DNA from: a bacterium BMS3Bbin03
GTDB taxonomy: Bacteria > Zhuqueibacterota > JdFR-76 > BMS3Abin05
DNA: 64,000 nucleotides
NCBI GenBank assembly: GCA_002898015.1
Contig: BDTM01000016.1
Span: 38,535 to 102,534 of the forward strand
Direction: 5' to 3'
The notes below the pieces were generated by a model. It had not been told where the DNA came from. It saw only the letters and a program-made list of their open reading frames with translations, and made no database searches. This document shows, piece after piece, positions 63,548-64,000 of this stretch (position 1 is its first letter; each line of letters begins with the position of its first letter). The position numbers and the translations under genes were made by a program.

Positions 63548-64000
63548 ATGTATTCAAAAGTTGTACGGTTGATTATCCGGAGGATTCTTCCTGTAGTCTT
63601 CGTTTTCATGCTCCTTCAAATTGGCGATTTTGCGCATGCGCAGGAGCCGGGGCCGCTGATTCACAAACTTGAATTGGCCTCTCACGAAGGCGAACCCCCC
63701 ACATACAGAGCATTAAAAAAGCCGGCGGTGATTCTCCCGCTGCTCCAGCGGGCATGGTCTCCTGTAAAACAAATTTATGGTTATTTCCCCTATTGGTCAA
63801 ATGCGGCGTATTTGAATTACAACCTGCTGACAACCATTGCCTATTTCGGCGCCGAATTTGACGGCAGCGGCAATGTGGTTAACCGTCACGGCTGGCCGGT
63901 GTGGTCATTAATTAATACCGCCCACAGCCATGGCGTGCGGGTGGATTTGGTCGCAATTTGTTTTAACAAAGATAAAATCCACAGCATTCTCACAAATCCT
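63548..64000 (+). CDS. Glycoside hydrolase family 18-like protein, 3'-truncated by window edge (absent from ORF track)
   Basis: I translated this by hand. The frame is open from 63422 to the window end. The ATG at 63548 gives MYSKVVRLIIRRILPVVFVFMLLQIGDFAHAQEP (a signal peptide), then IYGYFPYWSNAAYLNYNLLTTIAYFGAEFDGSGN...HGVRVDL, a typical GH18 N-terminus. Confidence 0.65.
   Translation, partial: MYSKVVRLIIRRILPVVFVFMLLQIGDFAHAQEPGPLIHKLELASHEGEPPTYRALKKPAVILPLLQRAWSPVKQIYGYFPYWSNAAYLNYNLLTTIAYFGAEFDGSGNVVNRHGWPVWSLINTAHSHGVRVDLVAICFNKDKIHSILTNP

Noticed and set aside
63358-63833. Two minus-strand ORFs (83 aa and 75 aa) listed in the track.
   Set aside because: They are overlapped by an open plus-strand frame with a signal peptide and a GH18-type N-terminus. 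The minus-strand translations have no recognisable features.

Overview
This 64-kb chromosomal segment comes from a diderm (Gram-negative-type) bacterium with moderate GC by eye. It is almost entirely plus-strand, with only two convincing minus-strand genes. I saw no rRNA, CRISPR array, transposase, integrase or phage genes.

The housekeeping backbone is: the atpC 3' end; aspS; phoH-pgpH-like-ybeY-corC-like; a PtsN-like EIIA; hisS; a TrmH-type methyltransferase; tRNA-Leu(UAG)-tig-clpP-clpX-lon-engB; a class V aminotransferase with serA; ispH; pfkA; an IMPase; and an RRM protein.

The non-housekeeping modules are:
1. A giant-TPR + TolQ/TolR/TolR + AgmX/PglI-type TonB-like cluster (502-11567), which recalls the Agl/Glt core.
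2. A sigma-54-preceded cluster (25885-29682) of a receiver-PATAN(DUF4388)-GTPase-like protein, a Glu-substituted pseudo-receiver-PATAN protein, a free-standing degenerate MglA-like GTPase and a Cys-rich small protein.
3. A free-standing archaeal-type ThrRS editing domain next to the serine-biosynthesis genes.
4. A translationally coupled pair of a ParB-N-domain protein and a spore-photoproduct-lyase-like radical SAM enzyme.
5. My top candidate for an undescribed system (48048-57292). A histidine kinase with a CXXCH haem-c motif in its periplasmic loop, an NtrC-type activator and a lone receiver sit upstream of a -24/-12 promoter. That promoter precedes an NHL beta-propeller lipoprotein, a 234-aa 4-5-haem secreted cytochrome (followed by a strong terminator), a parvulin PPIase, a 5-haem anchored cytochrome and a 655-aa outer-membrane beta-barrel. 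I read this as a candidate extracellular electron-transfer or cytochrome-filament assembly module.
6. An SxtJ-like / carbamoyltransferase / DUF5989 triad.
7. A hairpin-dense 467-bp convergent intergenic region that may encode a small RNA.

All product calls rest on motifs I recognise in the translations. No database search was run, and the taxon cannot be assigned from the sequence alone.
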